NCBI GenBank assembly: GCA_043771635.1
Contig: JAYVHA010000019.1
Coordinates: forward strand, 1,248-65,247
Direction: 5' to 3'
Length of the DNA: 64,000 nucleotides
Source of the DNA: Candidatus Woesearchaeota archaeon
GTDB taxonomy: Archaea > Nanobdellota > Nanobdellia > Woesearchaeales > SKIA01
Positions 21,537 through 31,369 of this stretch are shown piece by piece. How positions within the stretch are numbered: the first letter of the stretch is position 1; each line of letters begins with the position of its first letter. A program made the position numbers and the translations under genes. Below the pieces are notes generated by a model that saw only the letters and a program-made list of their open reading frames with translations, was not told the DNA's origin and ran no database searches.

Positions 21537-22583
21537 TTATCTTTTGGTGGCATTCAAAAAAGTACCGAGTGCCCACGCAAAGTTTGTTTCGCTGCGATAA
21601 AACCAGCGCTTAACAGGCGCATCGCGTTCATAGACTTCAAACACGCCACCATGCTGCCTCACAATTTTTTCAAACGCGCGGGTGCGACGCTTGGCTTCGG
21701 CCGGGTTCCCAATTACATTATAGGCTTGAATTTCTATACCGACTAGCCAACTCCACTCCATGCTCGCATGATAGTCAGAGAGACCAATAAAGAAAAATGG
21801 AATGAATACTTCACGCAACGTTGGTTTGAAAAATCCCGCGGGCGGACAAATACTTTTTCGCTTTGCTATTCGAGGAAGAATCTTTTTCGCTTGTTCGCGT
21901 GTTGCGACGCCCCATAATATTGCAAGTAAATTACCTGCAGTCATTAACTCAGCACGTTTACCGTCCATGAAATGGTCGGTTCGCCACCAGGATTGCAGAC
22001 GAGCACGCGTTCGCACTGCACGTTTATTAGCGCTAGCGTCACTAAAGAGTGTTGCAGCTGCGCGATGCGCTGCGAATAAACAGACGTTTGTGTAAAGACG
22101 CGCGCCTGCTACTTTGATTGAATCTTCCCAGCAAGCACAGGGCCCTTGCTCTATCAATCCATTCCTTTCATGGTCAATTATCCACGCATAGACTTCACCC
22201 AGTCTGCGGCGATCAATCAGTTTGGAAGTATCTCGCTCATACGCTGCCGCAACAATCAGCAGCAACATGTTACCATCTATGGAGTCATTCTTTCCTTTAT
22301 CTTGAGCGTGAATTGCACCAGTTCTGGTTGGTAAACCGAAGTAACGCGCGACTTCACTCCGCGCACCGATGCGGAGCGGCACATGACCGTCGTCACGCAA
22401 GTTTGCTAAAAAGTGTTCAAGCGTTTTGCGTACTTGTTCATAATCGCCAATTGCGAGCGCACCAAAGCACGCAAATAAACTGTCTCGCGCCCAGTAGTCT
22501 TTGAAATGCGTAGCGCCTGCATAAATGCCATTTGGACCGTACTGTTTTCGAAAATTACTTTCTAGTGAAGCCATGGGATGCAA
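21537..22583 (-). CDS. (alpha/alpha)6-barrel glycoside hydrolase, glycogen-debranching-enzyme C-terminal-like
   Basis: The segment YWARDSLFACFGALAIGDYEQVRKTLEHF resembles the GDE_C / GH63-like N-terminal helices. 348 aa. Confidence 0.45.
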   Translation of the reverse strand: MHPMASLESNFRKQYGPNGIYAGATHFKDYWARDSLFACFGALAIGDYEQVRKTLEHFLANLRDDGHVPLRIGARSEVARYFGLPTRTGAIHAQDKGKNDSIDGNMLLLIVAAAYERDTSKLIDRRRLGEVYAWIIDHERNGLIEQGPCACWEDSIKVAGARLYTNVCLFAAHRAAATLFSDASANKRAVRTRARLQSWWRTDHFMDGKRAELMTAGNLLAILWGVATREQAKKILPRIAKRKSICPPAGFFKPTLREVFIPFFFIGLSDYHASMEWSWLVGIEIQAYNVIGNPAEAKRRTRAFEKIVRQHGGVFEVYERDAPVKRWFYRSETNFAWALGTFLNATKR

Positions 22584-23526
22584 GTATGATAAAGCCTACA
22601 AGCGATATAATAATATCGCGAGCGCGAATTAGAAGTGCTAGTAGTAAGCCTCCGACGGGATTGAAGCCAATAATAGTAAATGCAGTTGTTTGCGACGTCT
22701 CAAGCGTACCTAGCGCAAGCGGAATCGGAAGCAAGTATGCTAGCCCGACGAACGAGTAAACAATAAACACCCCCCAAAGTGGCGCATTAAACCCCAGCAC
22801 TTGTAGTGCTGCTGAATATTCAACTAGACTTACGAGCCAAGCTAAAGCGCTTACTAGAGTTGCAAGCAGGAACGCACGTGGACGCGCGCGATAGAATGCC
22901 ATTGTTTCATTTTCAAAACGCTTTGCAGCCGCAATAGTTTTTTTATTTTTAGAAAAACGCTTCATTAATGTGGTTATTACATGCTTACCTTTTGCAAAAC
23001 CTATAGCGACGACGGCAGCAAAAAATAGACAAATGGATGAAATTATTAGCAGTGGAACGCTTGCGCTCGCAGGAAGTTCACCATGGAAGGATAACCAAAA
23101 CACGCCAAGAAAAAATAGAACTGAAAAAGTTTGCACTTCAACAGCACGGTCTAAAACAACAGTTGAGAGCGCATGACTAAAAGTAGTTCGCTTGCGTCCA
23201 GTCTGATGTCTTGTTAACAGTCCTGCGGCGACTGCGTCACCGCCAACTCTAGGGCCAGGTGTAACGAAACTCACTGCTGTTCTTGAAAGTTGGTAACTGA
23301 ATAAACGATAATATGAAACATCCACTCCACTCGCAATCACAATAATTTGCCAACGTAAAACTAGTAAAGAAATAATTATTGCGGTTGCCGCTAAGTAAAG
23401 CGTAATATATTCTGGATTACTATTTTGTAGTGTTGAAGCTGCGTCAGACCAATTTGTTGTCCATAGGACTGGAATAAACAGCGCCAGCCCGATTGCTACC
23501 GATAGCCACAGCAATATAGGCTTCAT
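22555..23526 (-). CDS. Polytopic membrane protein of the lysylphosphatidylglycerol-synthase TM-region / flippase-like (UPF0104) type
   Basis: About 8 TM helices, with the GDAVAAGLLTRHQTG loop pattern of that family. Confidence 0.45.
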   Translation of the reverse strand: MKPILLWLSVAIGLALFIPVLWTTNWSDAASTLQNSNPEYITLYLAATAIIISLLVLRWQIIVIASGVDVSYYRLFSYQLSRTAVSFVTPGPRVGGDAVAAGLLTRHQTGRKRTTFSHALSTVVLDRAVEVQTFSVLFFLGVFWLSFHGELPASASVPLLIISSICLFFAAVVAIGFAKGKHVITTLMKRFSKNKKTIAAAKRFENETMAFYRARPRAFLLATLVSALAWLVSLVEYSAALQVLGFNAPLWGVFIVYSFVGLAYLLPIPLALGTLETSQTTAFTIIGFNPVGGLLLALLIRARDIIISLVGFIILASHGFTRK

Positions 23527-23601
23527 ATACAGACATCGACGGAATGGTATTTAAATGTGCAGGAGCTTCCTTATATATGCTCATTCGTGAGCAGGAAATA
23601 A

Positions 23602-23676
23602 GCACCTGTAGCTCAGCCTGGATAGAGCGTAGCACTCCTAATGCTAAGGTCCGGGGTTCAAATCCTCGCAGGTGCG
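23602..23676 (+). tRNA. tRNA-Arg (anticodon CCT)
   Basis: Folded by hand into a cloverleaf. Acceptor GCACCTG/CAGGTGC. D-stem GCTC/GAGC. Anticodon stem TAGCA/TGCTA with loop CTCCTAA. T-arm CGGGG-TTCAAAT-CCTCG. Confidence 0.85.
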
Positions 23677-23682
23677 TAAGAA

Positions 23683-23728
23683 CCTGCGAGTTCAAAAATG
23701 ATAACGTTTTTGTAAACTCGCAGGCGCG
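23683..23728 (+). repeat. 10-bp perfect inverted repeat (CCTGCGAGTT...AACTCGCAGG) plus a 12-nt near-copy of the tRNA-Arg 3' end (CTCGCAGGCGCG)
   Basis: Read directly. It starts 7 nt after the tRNA, and the inner sequence contains a GTTCAAA T-loop-like segment. Confidence 0.4.
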
Positions 23729-23828
23729 TTTAGCTGCAGATACGGAATTTATGATTCCGTTTACTCATAGCTAGGCAAAATATTTTATCTAAATTATTAA
23801 AGGAATTATGAAAACAAAATAAAAAATA

Positions 23829-24308
23829 CTAGCGCTTAACACTAAGTATTGCAATTAAGAATGCAATTGCCATCAAGACAATACTTACAACAGACAGCCA
23901 TAGTCCTGCAACGTAAGCAAGTCCTACCGCAATAAAGCCCCATAGGCCAGCGCGGCGATAAATTAACAACATAGTTAACGCGGTAAGAACAATTGGACCG
24001 TACAAAAATGCGAGTTCAATCCAAGATTCATAACCAGTTTGCACACTTAAGATTAGATTTTCTAATTGCGCGCGCACCCACGAGCCAGGATTGAAGCCAA
24101 GGTTAGTCCATAGCCCAGACAGAAAGCCAAAACCGATTACAGCAGAGCGAATGAACCGCAGTCGTGCGTTCGAGCGCTGCGCTCTAAAAAAATCAGTCAT
24201 CATTCGCTCTCTACGAGACATAGTGATGCCTCCTGCAACGCGCTTCGTAGTCTTCCGCGCCGCCAACAAGTACAAGCGGCGCATCGGCAGACGCAGGCTT
24301 GCCATCAA
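23829..24308 (-). CDS. Membrane protein, hypothetical
   Basis: 159 aa with 3-4 hydrophobic helices. Overlaps the tdk end. Confidence 0.3.
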   Translation of the reverse strand: MMASLRLPMRRLYLLAARKTTKRVAGGITMSRRERMMTDFFRAQRSNARLRFIRSAVIGFGFLSGLWTNLGFNPGSWVRAQLENLILSVQTGYESWIELAFLYGPIVLTALTMLLIYRRAGLWGFIAVGLAYVAGLWLSVVSIVLMAIAFLIAILSVKR

Positions 24309-24804
24309 CTAAGCGCTGAGTCATGTCAGCGTCAGAGCCACAAATAATTCCCTCCTCATCTTTGTGAGTGCAAATTGCGCGCAGCGTTGTAATTACTGCA
24401 TGCGGCATTAGGTCTCCAATGTGCAAGTTACTACCGCGGAATCTAAATGGCTCTCCGCGAAAGTCCGTTGCAAGCGCTGAAGCAATAACAGTGCGACCGC
24501 GACGTACTTGCTCCAAGCAAAATCCTATTATTGCTGCGTCAAAAAATTGTAATTCGTCAATTGCGATAATATCAGGATCATTTAGAAATAGCATTAATTC
24601 GCGAGTATCAGCTACTGGCACTGCTTCAACACCGATGCGGTCGTGTGAAACAACTGCATTAGCGTCATAGCGATCGTCAATTACTGGCTTAAACAATTGC
24701 ACACGGCGCCCTGCAATAACTTCGCGGCGCACGCGCCGTTGCAGCTCTGCCGTCTTGCCTGCGTACATACACCCCACGATGATTTGGAGTTCTCCCATAC
24801 CCAC
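24211..24804 (-). CDS. tdk: Thymidine kinase (TK1 type)
   Basis: P-loop GCMYAGKTAELQRR, IIAIDELQFF, and the zinc-ribbon lasso with C..C and CRRHH at the C-terminus. Confidence 0.85.
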   Translation of the reverse strand: MGMGELQIIVGCMYAGKTAELQRRVRREVIAGRRVQLFKPVIDDRYDANAVVSHDRIGVEAVPVADTRELMLFLNDPDIIAIDELQFFDAAIIGFCLEQVRRGRTVIASALATDFRGEPFRFRGSNLHIGDLMPHAVITTLRAICTHKDEEGIICGSDADMTQRLVDGKPASADAPLVLVGGAEDYEARCRRHHYVS

Positions 24805-25116
24805 ATTATTAGGAATTCATCTAGTTTTAAAGTATGCGGGTGAAGTATATAAACAAACTAAGAATCGTCACGTTATGTATACGCCACGCAATCAAAAAGA
24901 TGAATTAGACTCATCCTGGAATCAAGTTAGCAGCTATGAAGCGCTGCATGCAGCTAGACCGACAGCTTCACCTGGTGCTGCCAATAGAGCACACGACCAA
25001 CCAGCAAGCTTATCCACCATCGCCCGCCGAATTGCTACTGGAGAGTATACCCTAACGGATAGACTCAGCCCAGCATTTCGCGCAAAAACCGGAGTTGACG
25101 GTAAAGCTATTCTTGA

Positions 25117-25992
25117 GTGGTATATGCGTTGCAAATAAAATCAAGTCCTGAGGACTTTCTCGTACGAGAGTTCTATGTTCCAAAGTTTGCAGCAGGCAAT
25201 TACGCATTATACTCGCTTCGCAAGGAGCGTTGGAATACTGAAGACGTTTTGCAAGAACTGTCGCGCTTAATGCAAGTGCCGCGCAAAGCGCTTGCGTCTT
25301 GCGGCAATAAGGACCGTCAGGCAATCACGGAACAGTACATTACAGCGCATAAGGGAGCACCACGAAGCTATTTTGGCAAGGATTTCTCATTGACATACCT
25401 AGGGCAAATGCAAGAAGCACTGCACCTCGGCGCCCACGAGCGGAATATTTTTACTATAACTTTACGAGGACTTAAACCGGACTGTAAAGTATTAACGAGC
25501 AAGGTTCGCAACACTTTTGGAGAGCAGCGCTTCGGGCAAGGTAATGAAATAGTTGGATTTCACTTATTACGAAAAGACTACCGCGCAGCTGCAGAGGCGC
25601 TTAAACTTACGTTTACAAATGATCCGATAACTGCGCTGCGCACTGTGCCAAAACAACTTCTTACCTTGTACTTGCACGCTGCGCAAAGCATGCTCTGGAA
25701 TGAGCGTGTGAAAACACTTGCACCGACAGTCACCAGCTATCTTCTGCCAGGCTACGGCGAACCTCTGGATGATGAAATGCTTGCGCTCCTATCAACGCAG
25801 AGCCTTGAGGAAGATTGCTTCATTAATCGTTCGATGCACGAATTGTCTCTTGAAGGTGGAGCGCGCCAAGTCTATCAAGATGTGCAGGATTTTTCGGCAT
25901 CCACGGTCAAGGACGGAGTTATGATTCTTCAGTTTAGTTTACCGCCAAGCCAGTATGCTACAGAAACAGTTCGGCAGAAAATTTCAGAATAA
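25117..25992 (+). CDS. truD: tRNA pseudouridine synthase TruD/Pus7 family (short form)
   Basis: N-terminal PEDFLVRE, the catalytic GNKDRQAIT motif, and FGEQRFG. Confidence 0.7.
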   Translation: MVYALQIKSSPEDFLVREFYVPKFAAGNYALYSLRKERWNTEDVLQELSRLMQVPRKALASCGNKDRQAITEQYITAHKGAPRSYFGKDFSLTYLGQMQEALHLGAHERNIFTITLRGLKPDCKVLTSKVRNTFGEQRFGQGNEIVGFHLLRKDYRAAAEALKLTFTNDPITALRTVPKQLLTLYLHAAQSMLWNERVKTLAPTVTSYLLPGYGEPLDDEMLALLSTQSLEEDCFINRSMHELSLEGGARQVYQDVQDFSASTVKDGVMILQFSLPPSQYATETVRQKISE

Positions 25993-25994
25993 AA

Positions 25995-26576
25995 CTAAAT
26001 ATTTAGCTTAGCGCAGATTTCGTCAAAGACAATTGGAATTGCTTTACCGCCATCGACTTCGACCAGTTTTCCCTGTGCGCGATAGTAATTTAGAATGCCA
26101 TCCGCGTCTGCTCGGTACTGAGCGATGCGGTTAGTTATTGCGTCAGGCGTGTCGTCAGCTCTTCCGCGAGCAAGTGCACGCCGCATAGCTTCTTCCTTGT
26201 CGAGGTCAATGTACAGTACGGAGTCAACGTTCTCAATAGTATCGAGTAAACGTGCTTGCGCAATTGTACGTGGATAACCATCAAGAATTACGCGAGGCGG
26301 CAGGTGGCGCTTCAAAATTGTAGTCATTTCCGTGTCTGACAAATATTGTCCACTTTCAATGGTGGCTTTAATGCGCTTACCTTCGTCGGACGGCTCCGAC
26401 GCTATGGCTCGAAGCACTTCTCCTGTTGATAAGTGCGGAATCGACAGTTTACGACTTAGTAAACCACCCTGGGTTCCTTTACCGCTTCCTTGAATGCCGT
26501 AGAGAACAATGAACATAGTGCTTTCTAGAGATTGAGGGTTTATATTCGTAGTGGCGGAATAAATCATAGAATACAA
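25995..26576 (-). CDS. adk: Adenylate kinase (short, bacterial-type). The likely start is the internal Met near 26519.
   Basis: GIQGSGKGTQ P-loop, STGEVLRA, DGYPRT. Confidence 0.85.
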   Translation of the reverse strand: MYSMIYSATTNINPQSLESTMFIVLYGIQGSGKGTQGGLLSRKLSIPHLSTGEVLRAIASEPSDEGKRIKATIESGQYLSDTEMTTILKRHLPPRVILDGYPRTIAQARLLDTIENVDSVLYIDLDKEEAMRRALARGRADDTPDAITNRIAQYRADADGILNYYRAQGKLVEVDGGKAIPIVFDEICAKLNI

Positions 26577-26582
26577 CAGTTT

Positions 26583-27011
26583 CTAACCCATATAGGACAA
26601 GTCGGACGCGCCTTGGCGATGACCGTTGTAGGCAGCCTTAGTTTTCTCAATTATTATTTGAAGTTCGCGCACAAACATAGGCCACTCTTTATATAAACGC
26701 ATAATTAATACCAAGTCTTGCTCGGGAGTGGAGACCAGTTCTGCCATCAAGCAATCCTTCTCTAGTAACATAAACCTGTCATGAAGCTTATGAATATGCT
26801 CGCGCTCTTTTTCGGTTAATACTCCGGCTTCTGCTAGCGAGATTATTCCTTCGGGCCAAATCAGTTGAGCGAGCAGCTCACAAAATGAGGCAAGCTTTTC
26901 GTGCAGTGCCAGCCGTACAGTGACGGTTGATACTTGATCTTCTAGCTCTACCCATTGTGGAAGCAGAGGCAGTTTGTGCTCAGCGCAGAATGCTTCAACC
27001 GTGACTTTCAT
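26583..27011 (-). CDS. Hypothetical protein
   Basis: 142 aa, helical, no motif recognised. Co-oriented with adk. Confidence 0.3.
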   Translation of the reverse strand: MKVTVEAFCAEHKLPLLPQWVELEDQVSTVTVRLALHEKLASFCELLAQLIWPEGIISLAEAGVLTEKEREHIHKLHDRFMLLEKDCLMAELVSTPEQDLVLIMRLYKEWPMFVRELQIIIEKTKAAYNGHRQGASDLSYMG

Positions 27012-27153
27012 AGGCTAAGGCGCGACCGCCAGTTTTAAAGCATGTCGGTTGCTCAACTGGTAGCACTTAGCAGCGAAGTATTGCGCTCGGCCAAAACATG
27101 CTCTTTCATGGAGCAATATAAACAAGACACAATTAAGTTATAAACGCAGCGAC

Positions 27154-28443
27154 ATGCGCCTGATCATGCTCGAGAAACTCGTTGAAAAGTTGCCCGCGTT
27201 GCAGAATACTGGATATCTGCTTATATTCGTTGCAGCCATATTAGAATCTCTACCTGCAATTGGTTTATTGGTTCCAGGGCAAACAATTCTGGTCCTCGGA
27301 GGATTCCTGTCGTCTAGCGGAGTTATGCACTGGTGGCTCGTCGCACTAATTGCAACTGCAGGCGCAATTATAGGCGACTCACTCGCATACTGGCTAGGAC
27401 GACGCTACAAACTCAAGTTCTTAGGTAAACACGAGCAAATGCTAAGCGACGTCGTCTCTCTTCTACATTCACACCCATTCAAGACACTGGTACTTGGACG
27501 CTTTAACTCGCTCACACGCTCATTCGCACCTTATGCTGCAGGCGCAAGTCAAGTCAGCGTACGTAAATTCATGATTGCAAACATTGTTGGAGGCGCTTTA
27601 TGGGCGTTTACTTGGACTGGCGTGGGAATACTTCTAGGTGCAGGCTTCGGATACGTGTCCAATATACTTGAAACAACAGTTCTAGTTGCAGTAGTGCTGG
27701 CAGCAGGATTATTCTTTTTGTTCAGGTATTTACGCCGCAAGTATGGACTCGGTCATGTAGCATTTGTACTGGCAACACTAAGCGCTCTTACCATTATTGC
27801 GTTCGCAATGCTAGTTTCAGGCCTCAATAGTCCGTACGTACAGTCGATTGATACCTTGGGACAAACTATCACTCTTCCCCTGAGCGCAACAATTCTTACT
27901 GCAGCAGCATTAGTTCTTACTTCGCTTATTCATCCTCTAACCCTTTCATTCATTATAGTAGTTTTTTCCACCGGACTAATGCTTGTTCGGCGGCGCGAAG
28001 CCGCAGGACTGTTTATAGTCGCAGTGGGAGGAGCCATAATCATTGCATTTATGGTCAAAAGTATAGTTTTACGTGTGCGCCCACCGTCTGCCATGCTGTG
28101 GAATGCAACAATCGGTAGCAACGGCTTTGGATCATGGAGTTTTCCAAGTGGTCACGCGCTGATAGCTGTAACAGTATTCGGGTCAATAGCACTTACAGTT
28201 CGACGTTTCGCGAGCAAGCATTTTATGTTAACAAGTACATGCCTGGTTTTGGCAATTGGAGTAAGCCTAAGCCGCGTGTTACTTGGCGTTCACTGGCTCT
28301 CAGACGTGCTTGCAGGCGCCACCCTGGGGCTATTCTGGATCTCGCTAGTCTATCTAATTAACGAGGCGGCACGAGCGCGTGGAGCTGCTGTGCGCGCTGG
28401 CAAGCGAGTGAATCCGCGTAAAAAAGAAATAAGCGCGCGCTGA
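27154..28443 (+). CDS. Membrane protein fusion of an N-terminal DedA-like domain and a C-terminal PAP2 (type 2 phosphatidic acid phosphatase) domain
   Basis: DedA pattern LLVPGQTILVLGGFL. PAP2 motifs KxxxxxxRP (RVRPP), PSGH (FPSGHA) and SRxxxxxHxxxD (SRVLLGVHWLSD). Confidence 0.7.
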   Translation: MRLIMLEKLVEKLPALQNTGYLLIFVAAILESLPAIGLLVPGQTILVLGGFLSSSGVMHWWLVALIATAGAIIGDSLAYWLGRRYKLKFLGKHEQMLSDVVSLLHSHPFKTLVLGRFNSLTRSFAPYAAGASQVSVRKFMIANIVGGALWAFTWTGVGILLGAGFGYVSNILETTVLVAVVLAAGLFFLFRYLRRKYGLGHVAFVLATLSALTIIAFAMLVSGLNSPYVQSIDTLGQTITLPLSATILTAAALVLTSLIHPLTLSFIIVVFSTGLMLVRRREAAGLFIVAVGGAIIIAFMVKSIVLRVRPPSAMLWNATIGSNGFGSWSFPSGHALIAVTVFGSIALTVRRFASKHFMLTSTCLVLAIGVSLSRVLLGVHWLSDVLAGATLGLFWISLVYLINEAARARGAAVRAGKRVNPRKKEISAR

Positions 28444-29183
28444 TATGCACTTGAATTAATTATGAAACGATGATCTGCTTTAGGAATAATAACTAGCCGT
28501 TTCGGTCCTTTAATTAATTTAAATGCGTCGCGTGCGCACTGCACTGGCACAGCTTCGTCGCGCTCACCATGTATTACAAGCGCAGGTTTGCGAAGTTTCT
28601 TAAGCGTTTTTTCCAAAGGTAACGTAAAAAATTCATCGTAAAACTTCTTACTAATGCGCTCGCGCTTAGCACTCCAGTTCATTGGGTAGAGCGTATGCGT
28701 GTGGCCCGTTAACCAAAGCTCACGCACTTGCTTATCCGTAAAATCAAGATGCGCTCCTCTGTCGAGGAAACCCTGTCCACTGCTCAAAATAACTGCATCT
28801 ACGCGCCTATCTTGAGCTGCAAATGGCACTGTTAAGGCGCCAGTAGAATGCCCTAAAAGTACAAGACGCTCATACTGAACATGCGCACTTAGAAATCTAA
28901 TAGCAGCCCTTAGGTCTCGCACGTCGCCCGACATTAGACGCTCCTCGTGTGTGCCGTCACTCGCTCCGCAACCAGTGAAGTCAAAGCGCATCACTAAAAA
29001 ACCTGCGCGCGACAGGGCAAGCGAACGTCTGTGCGTGCCACCGCTGCTGTCGCCAGGAAAGCCATGCGCCATAATTACTGCCGTTGTAAAACGCTTAGGC
29101 GTATAAACAACGCCTCGGAGCTGATGAGAGCCCCCATTCGGGAATGAAATTGGCAATTGAGTTATTGAATTTATTCTTGCCAT
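28350..29183 (-). CDS. Alpha/beta hydrolase (GxSxG). The start is set at the Met of MARINS.
   Basis: The nucleophile elbow GHSTG, and Asp/His downstream (HGERDEAV, ADHRF). Confidence 0.65.
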   Translation of the reverse strand: MARINSITQLPISFPNGGSHQLRGVVYTPKRFTTAVIMAHGFPGDSSGGTHRRSLALSRAGFLVMRFDFTGCGASDGTHEERLMSGDVRDLRAAIRFLSAHVQYERLVLLGHSTGALTVPFAAQDRRVDAVILSSGQGFLDRGAHLDFTDKQVRELWLTGHTHTLYPMNWSAKRERISKKFYDEFFTLPLEKTLKKLRKPALVIHGERDEAVPVQCARDAFKLIKGPKRLVIIPKADHRFIINSSAYQRALISFLRGFTRLPARTAAPRARAASLIR

Positions 29184-29196
29184 ATTTTGAGCTCTC

Positions 29197-29544
29197 CTAT
29201 ACCCTCTCACTCCACCGTAGCCAGCCAAGCGCAGCGACTGCAACAAGAACTACAAGCGGGATTAATACCGTGGCGCCGCCGTCGTGAATTAGTAAAGTAA
29301 TAATTGCGGCAGCGAGCAATGCTCCTAAGAGGCCAACACCGACTAGCGTCGTTGTAGGAATTATTATGAGCACCGCACCAATAACTTCAATTAGTGAAGT
29401 AAACTGGTGCCAGCCGGCGGGATACCCCCAGACTACAAATTGTGCCGCATACCCAGGGTCTCTGTAATGGATGAAACCAAAATAGAAAAATGCTACCGCC
29501 ACAATAAACCTAAGTACCCACGCAACCAGTAGACTCGCACGCAT
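29197..29544 (-). CDS. DoxX-family small membrane protein
   Basis: 115 aa with 3-4 TM helices in a DoxX-like arrangement. Confidence 0.5.
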   Translation of the reverse strand: MRASLLVAWVLRFIVAVAFFYFGFIHYRDPGYAAQFVVWGYPAGWHQFTSLIEVIGAVLIIIPTTTLVGVGLLGALLAAAIITLLIHDGGATVLIPLVVLVAVAALGWLRWSERV

Positions 29545-29707
29545 AAAACTAGAATATTAGTAGCGCTAATAAAAATGCTATGTTTAAGTTCAAATAAAAC
29601 ATTTCTTCTAATCTGTAGCCTAGTAAAATACTCAAATATACCTAACTATGAGACAATAACAGTATATTACAGTTTTACAAATTAGCGTAGCGCGCACACA
29701 ACTAACA

Positions 29708-29779
29708 AGCCTCCACTGGGATTTGAACCCAGAACCTTCAGTTTACAAAACTGACGCACCACCGTTGTGCTATAGAGGC
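29708..29779 (-). tRNA. tRNA-Thr (anticodon TGT)
   Basis: Hand fold of the reverse complement. Acceptor GCCTCTA/TGGAGGC (one G.U pair). D-stem GCAC/GTGC. Anticodon stem TCAGT/ACTGA with loop TTTGTAA. T-arm CTGGG-TTCAAAT-CCCAG. Confidence 0.8.
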
Positions 29780-29851
29780 AGCGTGAGAGGTATATTCAGG
29801 TTTATAAGCGTTTATTCGCTAGAACAGGCAATAGGCGCATATAGTGTTAAT

Positions 29852-30298
29852 TTAAGGCAGCAAATAAATGCCGCTAGCAACCACAAACCCTAGTAGTGCA
29901 CCAATAGTAACCTGGGCTGGGGTGTGGCCTAGCACGGTACGCGCTTTTTCGTGTATATTTAGCTTACTTGATAGTACATTCAGTATACGAGCTTGCTCTC
30001 CTACCGAGGCTCGCACACCGAAACTGTCGCGGATTACAATTAATGCGAAAATTACTGAGAGAAAGAACACAGCTGACACGCCAGTTTCTAAGCCAATAGC
30101 AACCGATAGCGCTACAACAATAGAACTGTGGCTGCTCGGCATGCCTCCAGTTTCCCAAAGTGGTCCCGCGCTCCACCGGCCACTTTCATACCGGTGCGTT
30201 AATAGTTTTACAAAATGAGTAATTATGTAAGTGAAAGTGAGCGTCCAAAAGATTCTACTTTCTAGTATCTCAAAAATAAACGCCAAGATAGGTAACAT
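29852..30298 (-). CDS. Divergent PAP2 / acid phosphatase-vanadium haloperoxidase-related membrane protein (DUF212 type)
   Basis: The GGMPSSHS motif, 148 aa, 4 TM helices. Confidence 0.6.
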   Translation of the reverse strand: MLPILAFIFEILESRIFWTLTFTYIITHFVKLLTHRYESGRWSAGPLWETGGMPSSHSSIVVALSVAIGLETGVSAVFFLSVIFALIVIRDSFGVRASVGEQARILNVLSSKLNIHEKARTVLGHTPAQVTIGALLGFVVASGIYLLP

Positions 30299-30391
30299 AC
30301 TATATGACGCTAATTGCTATTCTTAAACGTTCCGCGTAAAATTTACGAATTATCTGCACTAACTAATATCTACATTCTGAGAATACCTAAT

Positions 30392-31369
30392 TTAAGGTAG
30401 TAAACGGAATCGTGTATTAAGTAATCCCCACTCAACAAACAGCAGAGCTATAGCAATCAACAGCATGGCGCTGGAGAGGTCTATTGGGACATATGCACTC
30501 TCACGCGCACCTATCACTTGCTCAAACGCCGCCTTTAATGTTACAGGATCATGCGCCCACGCATAGGTACCACCAGTGTTTGCTGCGATGGTGCGCAAAT
30601 TCTCTTCGTCATACATCACCACCTTTGCCTCTAGACCAGGCACAAACGAACCTAAACGCTCACTGCCCACTCCTATAGTGTGAATTACGACGCCGCGCTG
30701 ACGTGCATAACTAATTGCTTGCGGGATTGGATTGTCGTCATACAGTGAGAGTGCTGAAACTCCGTCAGTTAGAAGCACCATGGCGCGGCCGCTTCGTTTG
30801 TCTGCGAGTAGGTTCGTGCCCGTTACTATCGCAGCGGCAATGTCGCTTCCTCCAAGCGGCTTGAGCGCGACACTCGCGAGCGCTTTACGAACTAGAGCGT
30901 CGTCTGAAGTTGGCACCTGTAATACTTCGGGCAAACCAGAATATTGGATTAAGCCAACTTCCGTACGCGAATCAATTTGATCCAAAAACGTGCCCGCCGC
31001 TATACGTGCTGCCGCAAGGCGTGTACCATTCATGTCATTAATTGACATGCTTGCACTCGAGTCAATAAGAATAACAACATCGTTTTGAGCGCGCGTACCT
31101 ATGTGCCACAGAGTTGTGCCAGCGGCTGCAAAAATAAGTGAGACAATAATAATAAGGCGTAAAACAAGAAGCCCAAGATTTTTTGTAAGTAATCGCTTTC
31201 CTGTAACGCGCTCAATAGTAGTAAAATTTCCAAAAATTATTGCGCGATGCCGCGCGTGTCTCATAAAATACAAATGTGTAAAAATTAGAAGGGGAACTGC
31301 AAACAACAACCATAACGCCACCGGTTGCGCAATCGTAAAATAGAACGAAGCCATTATACTCGCCACCAA
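30392..31369 (-). CDS. BatA-like von Willebrand factor A domain membrane protein
   Basis: Two N-terminal TM helices, then a VWA domain with MIDAS DSSASMS ... LLTDG. Confidence 0.75.
   Translation of the reverse strand: MVASIMASFYFTIAQPVALWLLFAVPLLIFTHLYFMRHARHRAIIFGNFTTIERVTGKRLLTKNLGLLVLRLIIIVSLIFAAAGTTLWHIGTRAQNDVVILIDSSASMSINDMNGTRLAAARIAAGTFLDQIDSRTEVGLIQYSGLPEVLQVPTSDDALVRKALASVALKPLGGSDIAAAIVTGTNLLADKRSGRAMVLLTDGVSALSLYDDNPIPQAISYARQRGVVIHTIGVGSERLGSFVPGLEAKVVMYDEENLRTIAANTGGTYAWAHDPVTLKAAFEQVIGARESAYVPIDLSSAMLLIAIALLFVEWGLLNTRFRLLP

Noticed and set aside
24755-25138. ORF whose C-terminus resembles the FlgM anti-sigma-28 C-terminal helix
   Set aside because: FlgM is a bacterial flagellar regulator with no partner genes here. 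The ORF overlaps the tdk end and the truD start. The match is short, so it is probably fortuitous.
27060-27100. A D-arm-like segment GCTCAACTGGTAGCAC suggestive of a tRNA
   Set aside because: No acceptor, anticodon or T arms can be folded around it. At most it is a tRNA fragment.
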